A DNA stretch of 63,268 bases, the filler included, from Asterionella formosa (Eukaryota): the NCBI GenBank assembly GCA_002256025.1. It is 21 parts of 21 records of this genome, joined end to end, with 100 filler letters (N's around TTAATTAATTAA, not from the genome) between each part and the next. Parts side by side here need not be neighbours in the genome. Positions count along the whole stretch, not along the records: positions 10,753 to 12,443 come from NKIB01001479.1; positions 12,544 to 14,233 come from NKIB01001480.1; positions 14,334 to 16,023 come from NKIB01001481.1; positions 16,124 to 43,598 come from NKIB01001482.1; 17 more parts are not named here. One strand, 5' to 3'. Shown here one piece after another: positions 12,306 to 25,454 of the stretch; within the stretch, counting starts at the first letter, position 1, and the number at the start of each line of letters is the position of its first letter. The position numbers and the translations under genes are program-made. Under the pieces are notes generated by a model. It saw only the letters and a program-made list of their open reading frames with translations. It had not been told where the DNA came from and made no database searches.

Positions 12306-13855
12306 ATAATATACATATATATATATATATATATTTATGAGCGACAGCACATTGAATATGTCTTACGTCAATCATTACCTGAATAACTTTTGTTATTTAC
12401 AGGATAATTACAGGTTGGATATCACCGCTATTTTAACACGGGANNNNNNNNNNNNNNNNNNNNNNNNNNNNNNNNNNNNNNNNNNNNTTAATTAATTAAN
12501 NNNNNNNNNNNNNNNNNNNNNNNNNNNNNNNNNNNNNNNNNNNGGTCATCTGCTTCTTTCACTGCCAACATTCTTATTATTCATATGATGAATGGAAATG
12601 TCAAAGAGTAGCAGCTGCAGTCATCACAAAACAAAATCGCTTCTTGCTTGTTTTGACATATTTCATGTAGTAGGTCTGTGCCAATCATACTTCCCCCAGC
12701 CATGACCAATGACTACCCATTGAGCTATTGTGATTTAGTTTTCAAGGTCTAAGATGAGATTGGTTTCAACAAAGGATTTTTAAAAAAGGTTATTGACACA
12801 AGCTATCCCAAAATTAGGAGAACAGTAAACAGCAAACAGCAGCACCAGCCATGATAATGACAATAAGAGAAACAATCAATCTGTGATTCCATCATGGTCA
12901 GAAAAAGAAATGCACTTGGTGGCACCAAAAACAACAATCAGCAATCCCACCAATTTGGGACTTCACACTTTTCCTGTAATTTCGGCACATATGGCAGATG
13001 AGGCATCACACCACAGTATTGCAGAAATTAATGTGTGGATCAAAACATCACATATCTGAATTCTAGCGTGGCACAGGGATGGGGGATTCACTCTGGGAGA
13101 TCTGGATCCTATCTGTGCACACGAGAAGTGCTTGATGTGGTTCTGGTCGTGTTCCTCATGATCGGTCATTGTATCGTGCATGTACAAGACCAAATTCGAT
13201 ATGTTTTTCGGAGTGGTACGGGTAGAACAAAATGTCGATTACCAGGTACCAGGTACTAACTATCTGGCAAACGAATATGTGCAAGTAGATGCACGTGCTA
13301 AAGAAAGTTTGTGCACTTCTCTTGTGCATCATCATAATTAGTATCATTGCGTGTCAATTGCTTACCGGTCAAAGGACCTATAATTGTCATACGTATAAAT
13401 GAATTAAGATATATAGGTAAAATGGATGACCCAGCTTTTGGGATGTCATAGGATTATGTCGTAATTGTTCTTTATATTAGTCATTACTGATTCACGCTCC
13501 GATATAAACTTTTGCTCTCCTGTTTTTGTTACCCCTTGTACGCCCCAATGGTGGTCAGAAGTTGGTCATGCGTGCTGCCTCCGATTACGATAAATAGGTT
13601 CTTTATGATTGATGATGCCTTCAAAGAAAAACACATTTACACAAGAATGCATAATACCTTTTTTCGGTAGGAAAGCAAAACATCAATTCCCCTCGCACTA
13701 GTTGCTCCTTGTTCACCAATTTTCATCGCGTCATTCGTAACGCTTTATATACAATCTCTCTTCATCTGCCGAGTAACACATAAGTACAATTGGTAACTGT
13801 TTCTCACAATTATTGGAAGTCATTTCTCCAAAGAAATACTGGAAAATACAGCAAA

Positions 13856-14233
13856 ATGTTGGCCAGTCGATCTTATCGCCTCGTCCTACGATCACTGGCA
13901 CTTCTACTTGCAGCCATGCTACTCCTCTCTTCGCCGGTGAATGGAGATGCTGTTGTTGGCAACGAACCAAGAGTGTACGAGCTACCCAAAGGACGACGAA
14001 AGAACAGAGGAGGCATTGCTGTGGTTACAAATCCATCTCCCCCCATGAGCGCTGAAAACCAAGAAAGCAACCTCATGAAAGACCTTTCCAGAAGTTTCGA
14101 CAAGATATCATCCCTTGCTTCTGGAAGCGATGCGGTATCAGTTACTGTCCAGATCCGCTTCGACAACTTCGCCTCGGATAACTCTTGGAACATCGCCGAC
14201 GAAGCCAACAGTGTCATCATTGCAAGCGGATCT
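13856..14233 (+). CDS. Secreted protein, 3'-partial
   Basis: Signal peptide (MLASRSYRLVLRSLALLLAAMLLL) and the start of a VTVQIRFDNFASDNSWNI module typical of diatom extracellular proteins. Cut by the linker. Confidence 0.7.
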
Positions 14234-14363
14234 NNNNNNNNNNNNNNNNNNNNNNNNNNNNNNNNNNNNNNNNNNNNTTAATTAATTAANNNNNNNNNNN
14301 NNNNNNNNNNNNNNNNNNNNNNNNNNNNNNNNNTCTTCGCAGACTAATCTTCAGAAAGCTACA

Positions 14364-14891
14364 ATGAAACTATCTTTGATGTCATGCCTATTCCTGTTGG
14401 CTCACGGTGGTATCGTGAGTGCGCAAGAGGCGTCCACACCTCCGGAAGAAGGTGTTGCGCCCAAAGGCGAACACGGTGCTGCGCCGGAAGGTGATTACGG
14501 TACTGCGCCGGAAGGCGAACACGGTGTTAATGTGCGAATGGAGATTTTCCTTGACGAAAACCCACATGAATTCGCGTACGAGATTCGGGGTCCACTTCCC
14601 AATCTTGATGTAGTGGCCTACTCGGCCTTTGGAGAGTTCGACCAGCCCCACTCGGAAGTTGACGTGACTCATTACTTGAATCCAGGTGAAACGTTTTACC
14701 TCATGGTGTCAGATGCAGGCAACAACGGTATCGACGAGGGATTCTTACGAGTTTCTGCGTACTTCGACCCTGATAATGCTATTACGCTTATTGAAGGTCG
14801 CACTGACTTTGGATTCGGCAAGGTGTGGACGTTCACCGTCCCACATATACCTCTGTCCTTATACACCGAGCCCATTGAAGACGAGTTGTAA
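14364..14891 (+). CDS. Small secreted protein with 3 x 8-aa repeat and a beta-sandwich-like module
   Basis: Signal peptide MKLSLMSCLFLLAHGGIVSA, 24-bp repeats encoding (AP[K/E]G[E/D][H/Y]G), and the motif VRMEIFLDENP...VSDAGNNGI. Confidence 0.8.
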   Translation: MKLSLMSCLFLLAHGGIVSAQEASTPPEEGVAPKGEHGAAPEGDYGTAPEGEHGVNVRMEIFLDENPHEFAYEIRGPLPNLDVVAYSAFGEFDQPHSEVDVTHYLNPGETFYLMVSDAGNNGIDEGFLRVSAYFDPDNAITLIEGRTDFGFGKVWTFTVPHIPLSLYTEPIEDEL

Positions 14892-15305
14892 ATTGAGTGG
14901 GTCATTTATGATTCACACGAGACGTGATTTTTGATGGAGTGGTGAACCTATGAAAATATTTAATTCTACTGATTATGGTAGGAATTAGTTAATGAAATCA
15001 ATCAGAGATTTAAATGCCTATATTGGACTAATGGTAGGCTACTAGTACTTGATTTTATTTGTAGTGCCAGGATTATTCATTTGTAACTTAAAGCAAACTT
15101 GCTCAAGTAAAAACACAAGAACATCCCAGAAAGGATAACAAAAGGAGCAAGCAGCTACTCGATTCATTGCAGACACATCATCTATACTCAAATTTACTAC
15201 CGGTAGGAATGAATCCTTCTGGCACCAATGTGGTACATTGAGTCTGATTTCACCAATGAATAAAATAATGAATTGCCGAAGGATACACAAAATCAACTAT
15301 CCTTA

Positions 15306-15970
15306 TTACCCACTTCTAACACCACCAATGAAACCTGCAGCAAACCCGCCACCAGCAGGCATGTTAAATTGTAGCACTTCCATAATCTTGCTGCTTGCTT
15401 GTTCCATATCCTCTTTATCTACTGTCCCATCCTTGTTCAAGTCCATCATACTTTCAACACTGGTCTTGATGGCACTGTGGTCCACCTTAATGTATCCACC
15501 GTACTGTAGGCTTTGCAGGACCACAAACCCGGTGCCTGAAATGAACAAAGTAAGAGAGTGAGATTGACAAATGAAAGAATGGAAATTAAAATGTCTGATT
15601 TTCGTCACTCCCTAAACAAGGGTGGAGCCAAAGACTCACCTAGAACAACAGCAGCGACCTTCCCCACCTTCTTCAAAGCGTATCCGCTGCAGTATCCCAT
15701 GACAAAGCCATAACTTAACTGAGTTGGTAAACCTGAATCGATAGCGCCTTGAACACTATTGCCAGCTTCCATAGCGACCTTGTCCATGGATCCATTCCAG
15801 TCAATATTACCGTTGCGATCTTTGGCGAGAATCTTGTCGACAAAGGACTTATTGTCGTCACAAAGAGCAACCATTGGCGTTGTTATGGAAGATAGTCCCA
15901 GCACAACTGACAAGTTGCGACGAAGCGACAATGTGGCAATAGCCTGACGAAAGGCATGATAAGGCGACAT
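15306..15970 (-). CDS. FUN14: FUN14-family mitochondrial outer-membrane protein; exons 15970-15640 and 15535-15306
   Basis: QLSYGFVMGYCSGYALKKVGK...LQSLQYGGYIKVD...GGFAAGF. The GTGAGT...TTTCAG intron at 15639-15536 joins the two ORFs in frame. Confidence 0.9.
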
Positions 15971-16124
15971 GTTGATCTCAACACACTTGCCAGAATCTAA
16001 TCAAAAACGCAAAGAACATCAAANNNNNNNNNNNNNNNNNNNNNNNNNNNNNNNNNNNNNNNNNNNNTTAATTAATTAANNNNNNNNNNNNNNNNNNNNN
16101 NNNNNNNNNNNNNNNNNNNNNNNA

Positions 16125-16520
16125 TCAATATCTTCGAGTACCTGCCCGGCAATGGTGCGTAGTTGTAGCAATGACATTGCTGGTATGGTCATAAAGCGTC
16201 ACAAGCACTCCGACTAAGTTGGTATCACCACTGTCATTGTTGTCTGTATCTTCCTTGACACAGCCGGAAATTGAGCCAAGTTTCTGTGCACTAGGAGCAG
16301 GACTGATGACGGGCTGAAGACCTGGACGTTCGTCTACAAACTCATTGTTAAACGAGCTGCCGGATCTAATGTCAATGTCGATTGAATTGATATCACTACC
16401 GTCATTGTCCCCAACGTTGACGAATCCTGTCGTCGGGGTCTTCTGATCAATTGTGTATACACCTGGAGGGGCGTAAAAATGAACTTTCCAGCACTGTCCT
16501 TTAACGTCGTCATTGCAGGG
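16125..16520 (-). pseudogene. SdrD B / Cna B-like adhesin repeat fragment, frameshifted (not in the ORF track)
   Basis: Manual translation gives TTLKDSAGKFIFT / PGVYTIDQ...NNEFVDE...GSISGCVKEDTDNNDSGDTNLVGVLVTLYDHTSNVIATTT. Confidence 0.7.
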
Positions 16521-16947
16521 TTGTTGTGCTGTTGACTTCTTTGTGGCTTGCCATCGCCTGTGATGCGAAGCAAGTCAGCTGCCCGCGCTTTGGTCCGATG
16601 AGATTGACCCACCAGCAGCATGTGTAAATCACTAGCAGAAATAATTTCCGTTCGGAAAATATTTCTGCTGCCAGTTCCATCATGTTTGCAAGTGTCATGG
16701 AGGAGTCAACTAAGATTCGTGTGGCAAAAAAGTATTGGTGGTTTATACGAAGATTATGTAGGCTAGTAGGGTTTAAGGGGTTATCAAAAAGAGGGGGACG
16801 AAATATCGATATAGGGGGACGAAATATCTTTTTCCTAAAACAAGGAACGAAATATTTTTTAGTGGAGGCGAAATGTACCTTCACCTCAGCCATCGGAATG
16901 GTATGGAATACAAATCTGTTCATCATGCTGATCCAAGAAAGCTCATC

Positions 16948-17902
16948 ATGACGTTGCTGCTTTGGTTATTAGTTGCGTCTATTACCGATGGTCTTGACCT
17001 GTCACCGGCACTCCTAAGACCAAACATAAATGTGGAAAATCGTTTCAATGATCGTGGTGACTGTAACAAAGTTGTTCGACTTTCCACTGTTGCACCTGAT
17101 ATCTTTCATATTCAAAATCTATTGTCGATTTCTGACTGTCAACAGCTCATTTCTCAAGCCACCGATATGGAGACTGCTACAACCAGAATATCTCAAACAA
17201 AACAGGCCAGGACAAATTGTCAAGTATCATGGATGTCCAAAACCCCCTTGATCAATCGGATGATATCCACAACTGCCGACCTATTTATTCATCCGCTGCT
17301 GATGGACGAGTGTGAAATCGAGGATTTGCAGGTACTGAGGTATGAAAAAGGTGGACAATATACACTGCATCATGATGGAGAACCAAGGTTGCTTACTGTT
17401 ATCTATTACTGTGAGTGCGTTTTTCCTTTCATCAAGTGAGTGTTGAATGTCCCGTCCTTTCAACCTTTCTTACACACGAAACTTTTTTGCGTTTTTGTGT
17501 TGACCTTGATGGCTCAAACAATATCCAATAATTCTATATGTAGTAAATGGAGTTGCTGGAACATGGTTCCCTTTTGCAGGAAATCGAATGGTTCCAAATG
17601 CAAATGACTTACACCACGCTCTGAATAATTATGAAAGTGGAAAAATCACTCACATTGGAACTGATAGGGTGCCAGGTGTGGACGGTGTACTCATTAACTC
17701 GTATGATGCTGGTGTTTCTAATAATACCACGTCGTTTTCCATTGCACCAGGAGATGCTATTGCATTCTACAATTACAATGTTGACGGAACATTAGCTTAC
17801 CAAGCATTGCATACTGGCCTCCCTGCCTCAGAAACCAAATGGATTGCTAATCATTGGTACAGAATTCCAAGATTTTTGTCAGAGCTGAGAAAAAACACAT
17901 GA
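16948..17902 (+). CDS. Prolyl 4-hydroxylase-like 2OG-Fe(II) oxygenase; exons 16948-17410 and 17544-17902
   Basis: Signal peptide, LQVLRYEKGGQYTLHHD (HxD), and distal LH...KWIANHW. The intron at 17411-17543 (GTGAGT...TAG) restores YYLNG. Confidence 0.9.
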
Positions 17903-18651
17903 TTCGACTATAATACTTCTGGAAGGAAGCTCGGACTTTTTGTGCACATTCTTTAAAAACATTCTAACTTTGTCTCAGCTATCACTTCTACCTGTGGAGT
18001 ATACTCTGTCGCCATTACAGCCATTGGATGGCACTAATTGTTGGTGCCGGTCAGAATGATTTTGAACTTGTAAAGAAGTGTTGGTTCGTCACTCATTGAT
18101 GTGAGCATCAAACGGAATTTGTATAGAAATTGGCGGCGATGGCCACACGACAGCACCTTCATAATGGAGCCGACTTTGGTTTACAGTCAAAACAATCCTG
18201 AAAACTTTATATATATATATATATATATATTTATATTCATTTTAGACTCAAAATAGAAGTAACTGCGAGCTATCATATAGTACATTGTTTTCATAAATCG
18301 AATGAGCGTTGGCGAAATAATAATTGACCAATTTAGCTAGAAAAATATTGCTATAGTGCAAAGTCCAGCATTCTTTGGAAATTCCAAGTAGTCACATCTA
18401 GGCTAATAAGTAATGCAAATTGTAAGGTGTTGATCTTGACAGATGATCATCCCAAGCGCCTAGCAGTTTCTGTCCGTACTTTTCCTTTGAAACTCCAGAC
18501 ATTATGCAAATACAATTCGTGGTGTCAACAAAGGTCATGCATTCTTAACACGGAACCCCATCGAGAAACAGGTGTCCCTTGGACTTTGCGCTCATTATTG
18601 TGTTTTAATAAGGGGTTTCCATCAAACGGGATAATGCTTATGTTTCCCAGC

Positions 18652-19377
18652 TCATGCCATGGTTGATGTAGCCATATGAGCCAGTCCAATCATGTAACCT
18701 CCGTAGGCACTGAAAAGGTGCCACATTCCGTGAAAGATAATATAAGGCATCCCTTCCTCCCACACCCAACTAGCTCCCAGAAAAGCCACACCGAGGGCAC
18801 ATACCACTAACCCTTCCATTGGAATATCATAGGGAGAAAAGGCTACATAAATAGCACCAGTAAGTAGGGCTGCACCGGCAATGATGTAATCCACAAGTAA
18901 GGCCAGTCTCACGGCTGGCTGGTCTGGACCCAACTTGAGTTGGGTGAAGTGATAAACAAAGCTTGCAACACTAGCACATTCAGTGAGAAATCCCAATAGA
19001 CTTTCTCCGTGTAACGACAAGAGGACTCCGACCAAGGAATACGCAAGATTGGTGGCGAGAAAGACTATACCACTGGGTGTTTCGTGTGTTTCAGGCGTCA
19101 AATCGGCATAAGTCATGCCCCATCCGTCCGTGACGTTATCGATTAGAGACGAAACTGGTAGGAGCATCGAAGCAAGGCTTCCAGAGAGTTCCTGCAATGA
19201 ATCGTCTCGTTCCGCCTCGAGGTGGGTTAGTGATAGTCGCTGAAATTGTTCTTTGTTAGATCGAAAGGGTCGTTTTGGTCCCAGCGAGAGCCTAGGTGCT
19301 ACCCTGCATGAGGCAAACCCATGGCTGGTCTTTAGGGAAACCAGAAGAGCAAGGAAATGTAATGAAAGCGACCTCAT
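18652..19377 (-). CDS. Multi-pass membrane protein, CREST superfamily-like, probably plastid-targeted
   Basis: SxxxH (ASFVYH), a conserved D and HGMWH motifs in hydrophobic helices. N-terminal signal peptide ending SHG-F. Confidence 0.75.
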   Translation of the reverse strand: MRSLSLHFLALLVSLKTSHGFASCRVAPRLSLGPKRPFRSNKEQFQRLSLTHLEAERDDSLQELSGSLASMLLPVSSLIDNVTDGWGMTYADLTPETHETPSGIVFLATNLAYSLVGVLLSLHGESLLGFLTECASVASFVYHFTQLKLGPDQPAVRLALLVDYIIAGAALLTGAIYVAFSPYDIPMEGLVVCALGVAFLGASWVWEEGMPYIIFHGMWHLFSAYGGYMIGLAHMATSTMA

Positions 19378-22300
19378 AGAGCAATGTACTACCTTTGCTT
19401 GTCTACAATAAATGTTCCGTTATTGCAGATGCAGATGGTCAAGTTTTTATGTGTGCTATTTTGTGCGTAAAATTGATGGTTGTATTTGAAAAAACACCAG
19501 TACAGCAAGCAGTCCGTCTTTGGTGTACCTGGTACCAGGTACCCAATGATAATGATGAGTGAGTATATCCCACTTCCATACACAGCATCTTTGGTATCTG
19601 GTACCAGGGTACCTGCTACCTGGAAGCTAGGAGTTCCAGGTACCTTGTAGTTATACACATGTTCAACATACCGATATACATACTCTACAAACAAATATCT
19701 ACGTATGTGTGAATATCCTAAGATACGAACGCATTCTTATCCACATACCAGTATGTGCACAGCATGATCGATCGAACAACAGATCGTCACAATCGTATGT
19801 AGTATGAATATTTGATACTACGCACCGGTACTTTGCAGCCACGTACTCCCCTGTTACTCCGGAGCAGAGTGCTGGAACCAGTACCAGGTAACAGGTTCTC
19901 TCTACCCGGGGCTACCAGGTACCTGGTTACCTGGAGCACCACGTACCCTTCTCTTCACAATTGTGCTTATACCGGTATACGATATGTAGTGTCCAGTGCT
20001 TGAAATAAGGTTAGCTGTATTCTCCACCGAGTGTAAATCACCAATTGTTCTTACCGGACTCACTACAGCTTGTACGTCTTCGCTCAGCCAGCCATACATT
20101 TGGGAAGGTCGTCCGATACTAAAAACAAGACGGGAGGGATACAGAGATATCAACACCGGAACAAGCACAGACACAGACACAAACACATGGAGCACTTGCT
20201 TGTTGTGTCATGCAGATTCGATATTTTGCTGTGTCTTGTTGGAAGTTGAATTTTAACATTTTCCTGATCATTGCACAACACCAGAATATAGAAACTTAAG
20301 AACTACTGTCATCAACAGCTTGAACATTGAATCCACATGTCATAAAATGTCCAAACCAATGCTTGAGGGAAAAAAGCCATCACAATCTGATTTTCTTGGT
20401 TTGGTGATTGGCTGTTAATACCCATCTATAGAACCAATGAATCCGCGAAAAAAGACATTCCACAGACAAGGTGAATTTCAATGAGGTTTCCTCTGGCAAG
20501 TCAGAAAAGGCCAATGGTGAGGATCAACTCAGGATAACAAAGATGCTGAGTTGTTCTGTATATACAAGAACTTGTATTGATTTTATAGCATCAACTGTGA
20601 TGAAAGGTTGGAGTAGTTCCAGTAGGTGGTGGCTGATTAAAAGCTTGAAATGACATGCAATAATCACCATGTAACCTGCTCTCATGGAGAAGTTTTGAGA
20701 AATCCATGATTATTCCAGTCAAGTCATGACTGATGCTCCCATTTTGGAGATTGCACTGGCTTTGAGTTTCCATAAGATTAAAATTTGGAATAATGAACCT
20801 GCTGCAAGTACCAGAGAGCTCTGTTGGTCTTGTATTTCCTGTTATGAATCAAGAGTGTCTATGACAGCCCAACTGTCAGGTTCTTCCAGTAGTTTTTTCT
20901 TTGTTGTTTGATTATGATTTTGCTGAGTCTGAGTCCTGAGCGAACATGTTTGAAGAGACACGAAAAATACAGCTAACTGTTGTGGTGCTACTGAGATATT
21001 ATTGTGAAATTTATCTCTGAAAAGATTCAATATTTTTTTGGATACAAAAAAATGAATTTGTCTTTCTGTTAATGAGGTCTATCCATATCATGTACTCCTA
21101 TGTGTGTGTACACAAGAGCTAAGAATTACCAAAATTGGAGCAATTTAGTACTGGTACCACCCAATTTGGAGTCTAAATTGGTATTCTGAGTACAATAACT
21201 ACATTTGTTAGTCGATTGTATGGAAGCTGGGTAAAGCATTTGGTGTCAGGAGGGGGTCTATCGAAATATCAGAATTTACATGTGATAGGGTGTGACCATC
21301 GATATTTTGAATCGTCAGTGCACTGTGGTCCTTCATGCCAGTAACACAGGAAAAATGCTATTACTCTAAAGTACTGAGCGTAGGTACCAGTTAAAAATGG
21401 CTTTGAGCCACTTCGAGTGGCTTTGAGTCACTTAACGATATAATATTCACTGTGTATACATAGAATTTTTATAATTTTTCAGTTATGACTACTTTTAGTA
21501 CAACAAAGATGTTCCTGATGTTACGCCTGATACAACATATCTTGTTGTCGATTTAGTGTTGCTTGTGCTTTAGATAATCAGATAAATGTGTCGGAAAGTA
21601 GCGATCGGCCTGAAAGTGGCAAAAACAATATTATACCATTGAGTCAGCATCGACCGGAAATACACATATACATTTATGTAAGCAATTTAATATCTAATAT
21701 ATATTTAGTTGCGTTTAACCGCCATGGACCATGTACTATAGCAATAAATCAATCAATTAGTAACTCTTAGTAAATGAATGCAATATTTCTTGAAGGCCAA
21801 AGAATCGAGCCATATTTTATGTCAAAGACCATAGTTCACATCACAAATTGTTTCCAACATACCACAAAATGAAGCAAACCGCAGTCATCTCCTTAACAAG
21901 AACAATGAAACCTACAACAAGAAACAGCCTCAACCATCATCCAAAAAGTACAAGGTGATACCTAATACTTTGGATAAGACTTTCATGTCACTTATCTAAA
22001 ATAATATAGTTATGAAATTAGAAACTTTAAATGCAAATAGCAATGGCAAACTAGTACCAGCCATGTGGTGCAGTCTTGAATATTGTTTCATCCAAGGCGG
22101 CTACACTGCTGGCTTGGCTACTAACAAACAAAGCCTATGATCTAGTACCATTTGCAGAAGCTAAATCAGGCGGGAAAGGCAACTCTTTCACTAGTACAAT
22201 TACCTGTAACTATGACACTAAATTATTCACAGTCGTTGGCAGGACATACCTTATCAATTTTTACCCCTGACAACAATCCAAGTTTAAACATCCAAGTCAC

Positions 22301-23746
22301 GAAATGCAAGAGGGACTTACTCACCCCAAACAAGGAAAGGCGCCGTGCTGAATTTGCTGTTGGAAAGGATGATATTGTTGATCTGGTGTCGAAATCTTGG
22401 TGATGAATCCTTTGCCCATATCGCTACAAACCAAAAAGCTGGTACTGGGCCAGTTGACATGAGTGCACAATGATCGAGTGCACATGCAACCCTAATTGCA
22501 TTGTGAAACTTGTACATCACTAACATGAAATTGCTCTCCTGATAAGATTGCTAGCAATGAAACTTTTTTTGAAGGAGAGCTCCTGAGAAGGAACTTAAGG
22601 TAAGTTTTTTCTTGTTGACTTTATTGTTTTTTCTATATTCTATTATTTCCGAATTGACGACGTCATTAATATACATTGCTATACTTGTTGTGTTTTGATT
22701 CTATATTTACACGGCTATGAAGTGAACTAGGTATTTATAGAAGCTGGACACAAGATTGGGGACTGTTTAGGAAAAGGTTGTGCAACTAGAATTTGCGTAG
22801 TCCTTGCAACTGCTTCTGGGATGGAGAAGCCAGATCATTGCACAGCTCACAGCAGGAGAAAGAGCAAGATCTCTGCTCTTGTCAATTCAGCTGTTTCCCT
22901 TACAACCAAGATTGCTCTTGATAAATCTTTGCACTCTTTGGCCGAAATTAGCTCCAGATATCAGAAACATTCAATGGATATGCAAACTGTTTTGCTGTTA
23001 CTGAGATATATTTGTGAAATGAAAAAAATTGTGAATTGTATCTCTGTAAAGATTCGCTTTTTTGAGATACAAAAAAAAATTGTCTCGCTGGTAAGATTGG
23101 CCCTAAGTCTCAATCATTTTCCTGACCTTGCAGTGGAGATGAGTATTGGTATGTTCGTCTAGCTATGTATACTCTGATATTGCATAACTTGTCCCTGATA
23201 TCACCAGTTCGTCCAAAGGCACTCAAGACACACCAAATATCAATGTAACATTGCTTGATAAACTAGCGTTAGGCATTCTGGTAGACTTTCCTCGGTATGA
23301 GCTAAGCAACATGAGTGAAGGCAAAGGAGTAATATGCGCATGCTGGGGGGTGCAGTCGTGTAGCCAGTATGAAGTTTAGAAAGGGAGGCCTACATATATG
23401 GACAGGGTATATGGCATCAAGGCTACTGCATTAAAACCTTTGTATATACTTTAATGTCGTCTTGTATTCATTTTAGATCTATTCCAGTATATGTATATCT
23501 AACAAAACCTCCTTCGCAAAATCGGTTCAGTGGAATTTCCTCGCATGAGAAGCGTCACCTCGAACAGCATCAAAACGTCCCTTTTCATCAAATGAGCAAC
23601 AATGGTGCCGCCTTTGAGTCATTCAGGAAAATTAAATATCGCAGTTCACGACTTAGTTATCGACTGTTGGGTACTTTCATTGTCGACAATCGCAGGCGCT
23701 GGTGTTCACTGGCACAAATTATACACTCCATTCCTACACGGCACTA

Positions 23747-24328
23747 TTACCCTTCGTCACGTACAAAGTCATCATCGCTTTCTTTACCTGTCAGCTCAAG
23801 ATGAACATTGTCAAATTTTCTCTTTAATTTCCACGTGCAGTTTCCATTGTTGCATATCGACATTGCATTTTTCTCATCGTCGGATGACCAGGCTTCTTCA
23901 GTCGTTTCTCCCTCATTTATTCGCTCCGCCTCACGTTTCGCCATCTCCATTGCCTTTCTCATGGACCACTGTCCGAAAGGCTCCCACCCGGTGCGGCATC
24001 CATATTGTTCAATATTTTGTTTCCGGATAGTCGAGTGGCAGTGACATCCAAACATTCGCTCCACTGTAACTTGTGCTGCTCCAGTATCTTTTTCTTGCAC
24101 TATTTTGAATGAAAAGGGTGTATATTTCTTCTTACAAACGGGTATGCCTATAGTCTCACGACCATTCCATCGCCGAAAATCTTCCCCCCATTTCTCGTTG
24201 ATGGCTTGAATGGCCTTACCTTGGGGTGTGTCTGAGGCAGCTGATTTAATAAACATGGATCCTCCATACAGCTCTCCTCCAGTTCCTACTGGATAGCCGC
24301 AAATGAATCCCAAGGGTACCCTGTGCAT
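23747..24328 (-). CDS. Hypothetical protein exon; upstream exons unresolved or degenerate (to about 24844)
   Basis: 193-codon ORF preceded by an acceptor-like CACAG. The upstream MPRRRSKR ORF ends in TGA. No family recognised. Confidence 0.35.
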   Translation of the reverse strand: MHRVPLGFICGYPVGTGGELYGGSMFIKSAASDTPQGKAIQAINEKWGEDFRRWNGRETIGIPVCKKKYTPFSFKIVQEKDTGAAQVTVERMFGCHCHSTIRKQNIEQYGCRTGWEPFGQWSMRKAMEMAKREAERINEGETTEEAWSSDDEKNAMSICNNGNCTWKLKRKFDNVHLELTGKESDDDFVRDEG

Positions 24329-25454
24329 GTGTTTAGGAAAGGTATATTAGTTTGTAAAATTTTGTGAAAAAGGCGTTGTTCATGTTGCGGACGACAGCTT
24401 GTACGTATGTGCATGACCGCCATGACTACAGTATCTTATCCAGATTGGAACCTGTTTCGCCCTCATACATCTATAACGATTGTGTGTTTTTATTGGACTA
24501 CCTGTGTCGACGATACATTGGAGGAGAATATGTAATATTCCATAACCTGTCCCGGGATGGATGTGTAAATATATCTATCCAAACGGAACTGCCGTTTCTG
24601 TGTTCGACAACAAGTACTTGGAATACGAAAACACTTTTAATAGGCCTATTTCGTACCTCCTTGGAATAGCACTTGCAGCAACTCTCGATCAGTCCGATGG
24701 CAAGATTCCATAATCACTTCCAAACACCGCTTGCTCTTCTTCCATAACTGCAAGTTTGCGTTTCGATCGACGGAGTTGTCCACCAAATTCACGAGTAGCT
24801 CCAGACAGAACCGTCGAAGTTCGTTTGCTTCGTCGTCGTGGCATGATTGATGTACGAATAGAATATAGTGTGAGCGAAGTCAAAGGGAAAGATATATCGT
24901 AGAATTACAGTATGGACCGGTATACCTGTACCTGGTACTCAGTACCCTGATACCAAGGTACCCTGGTGCCAGGAGTACCAGGTATCTACTATACTGGTTT
25001 ACCGGTACATATATTGCATTAGCCCTCCCCCTATTCGAGATACGTGTTTCGGAAAGATTTCCCCAAAATCATGTCAAACCATTTTTAGATTGTGCTGAAA
25101 CTGTCGGAGGGTCTAATATTTTTATTTTTCCTTCCATGTATAGTATGTCAAAGCAGAGGTGCAACACAACATGGCACAGGAGGGCACGTACCGGTACATG
25201 CATCCTATCGACATGAGTTGCTGTCCACGAAACACGAAGATGGGTTCGCATGGAACCAACCACGATGTACAAATCGTGGCTCACTGAGGCGCGGCAGCGG
25301 TCGAAGGAGTATACCGGTATATATATTATCAAGTGGACATGATGTAGTTAGGATTGTAAACTTCTCCGCACATCACATGGCGGTGATGGCGCTTAGGAGT
25401 ATCGGTAGTGTGCTCACAAATAGCAAATAACATCAAAGAGCAACAACATCAGAA

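Noticed and set aside
21300..21327. RSS/Transib-like end (CACAGTG + 12 nt + A-rich on the minus strand)
   Set aside because: Poor nonamer match, no partner end and no transposase; compatible with chance.
19389..23162. Many short 60-115 aa ORFs here and antisense to real genes elsewhere
   Set aside because: No motifs, often non-ATG starts; consistent with chance or shadow ORFs.
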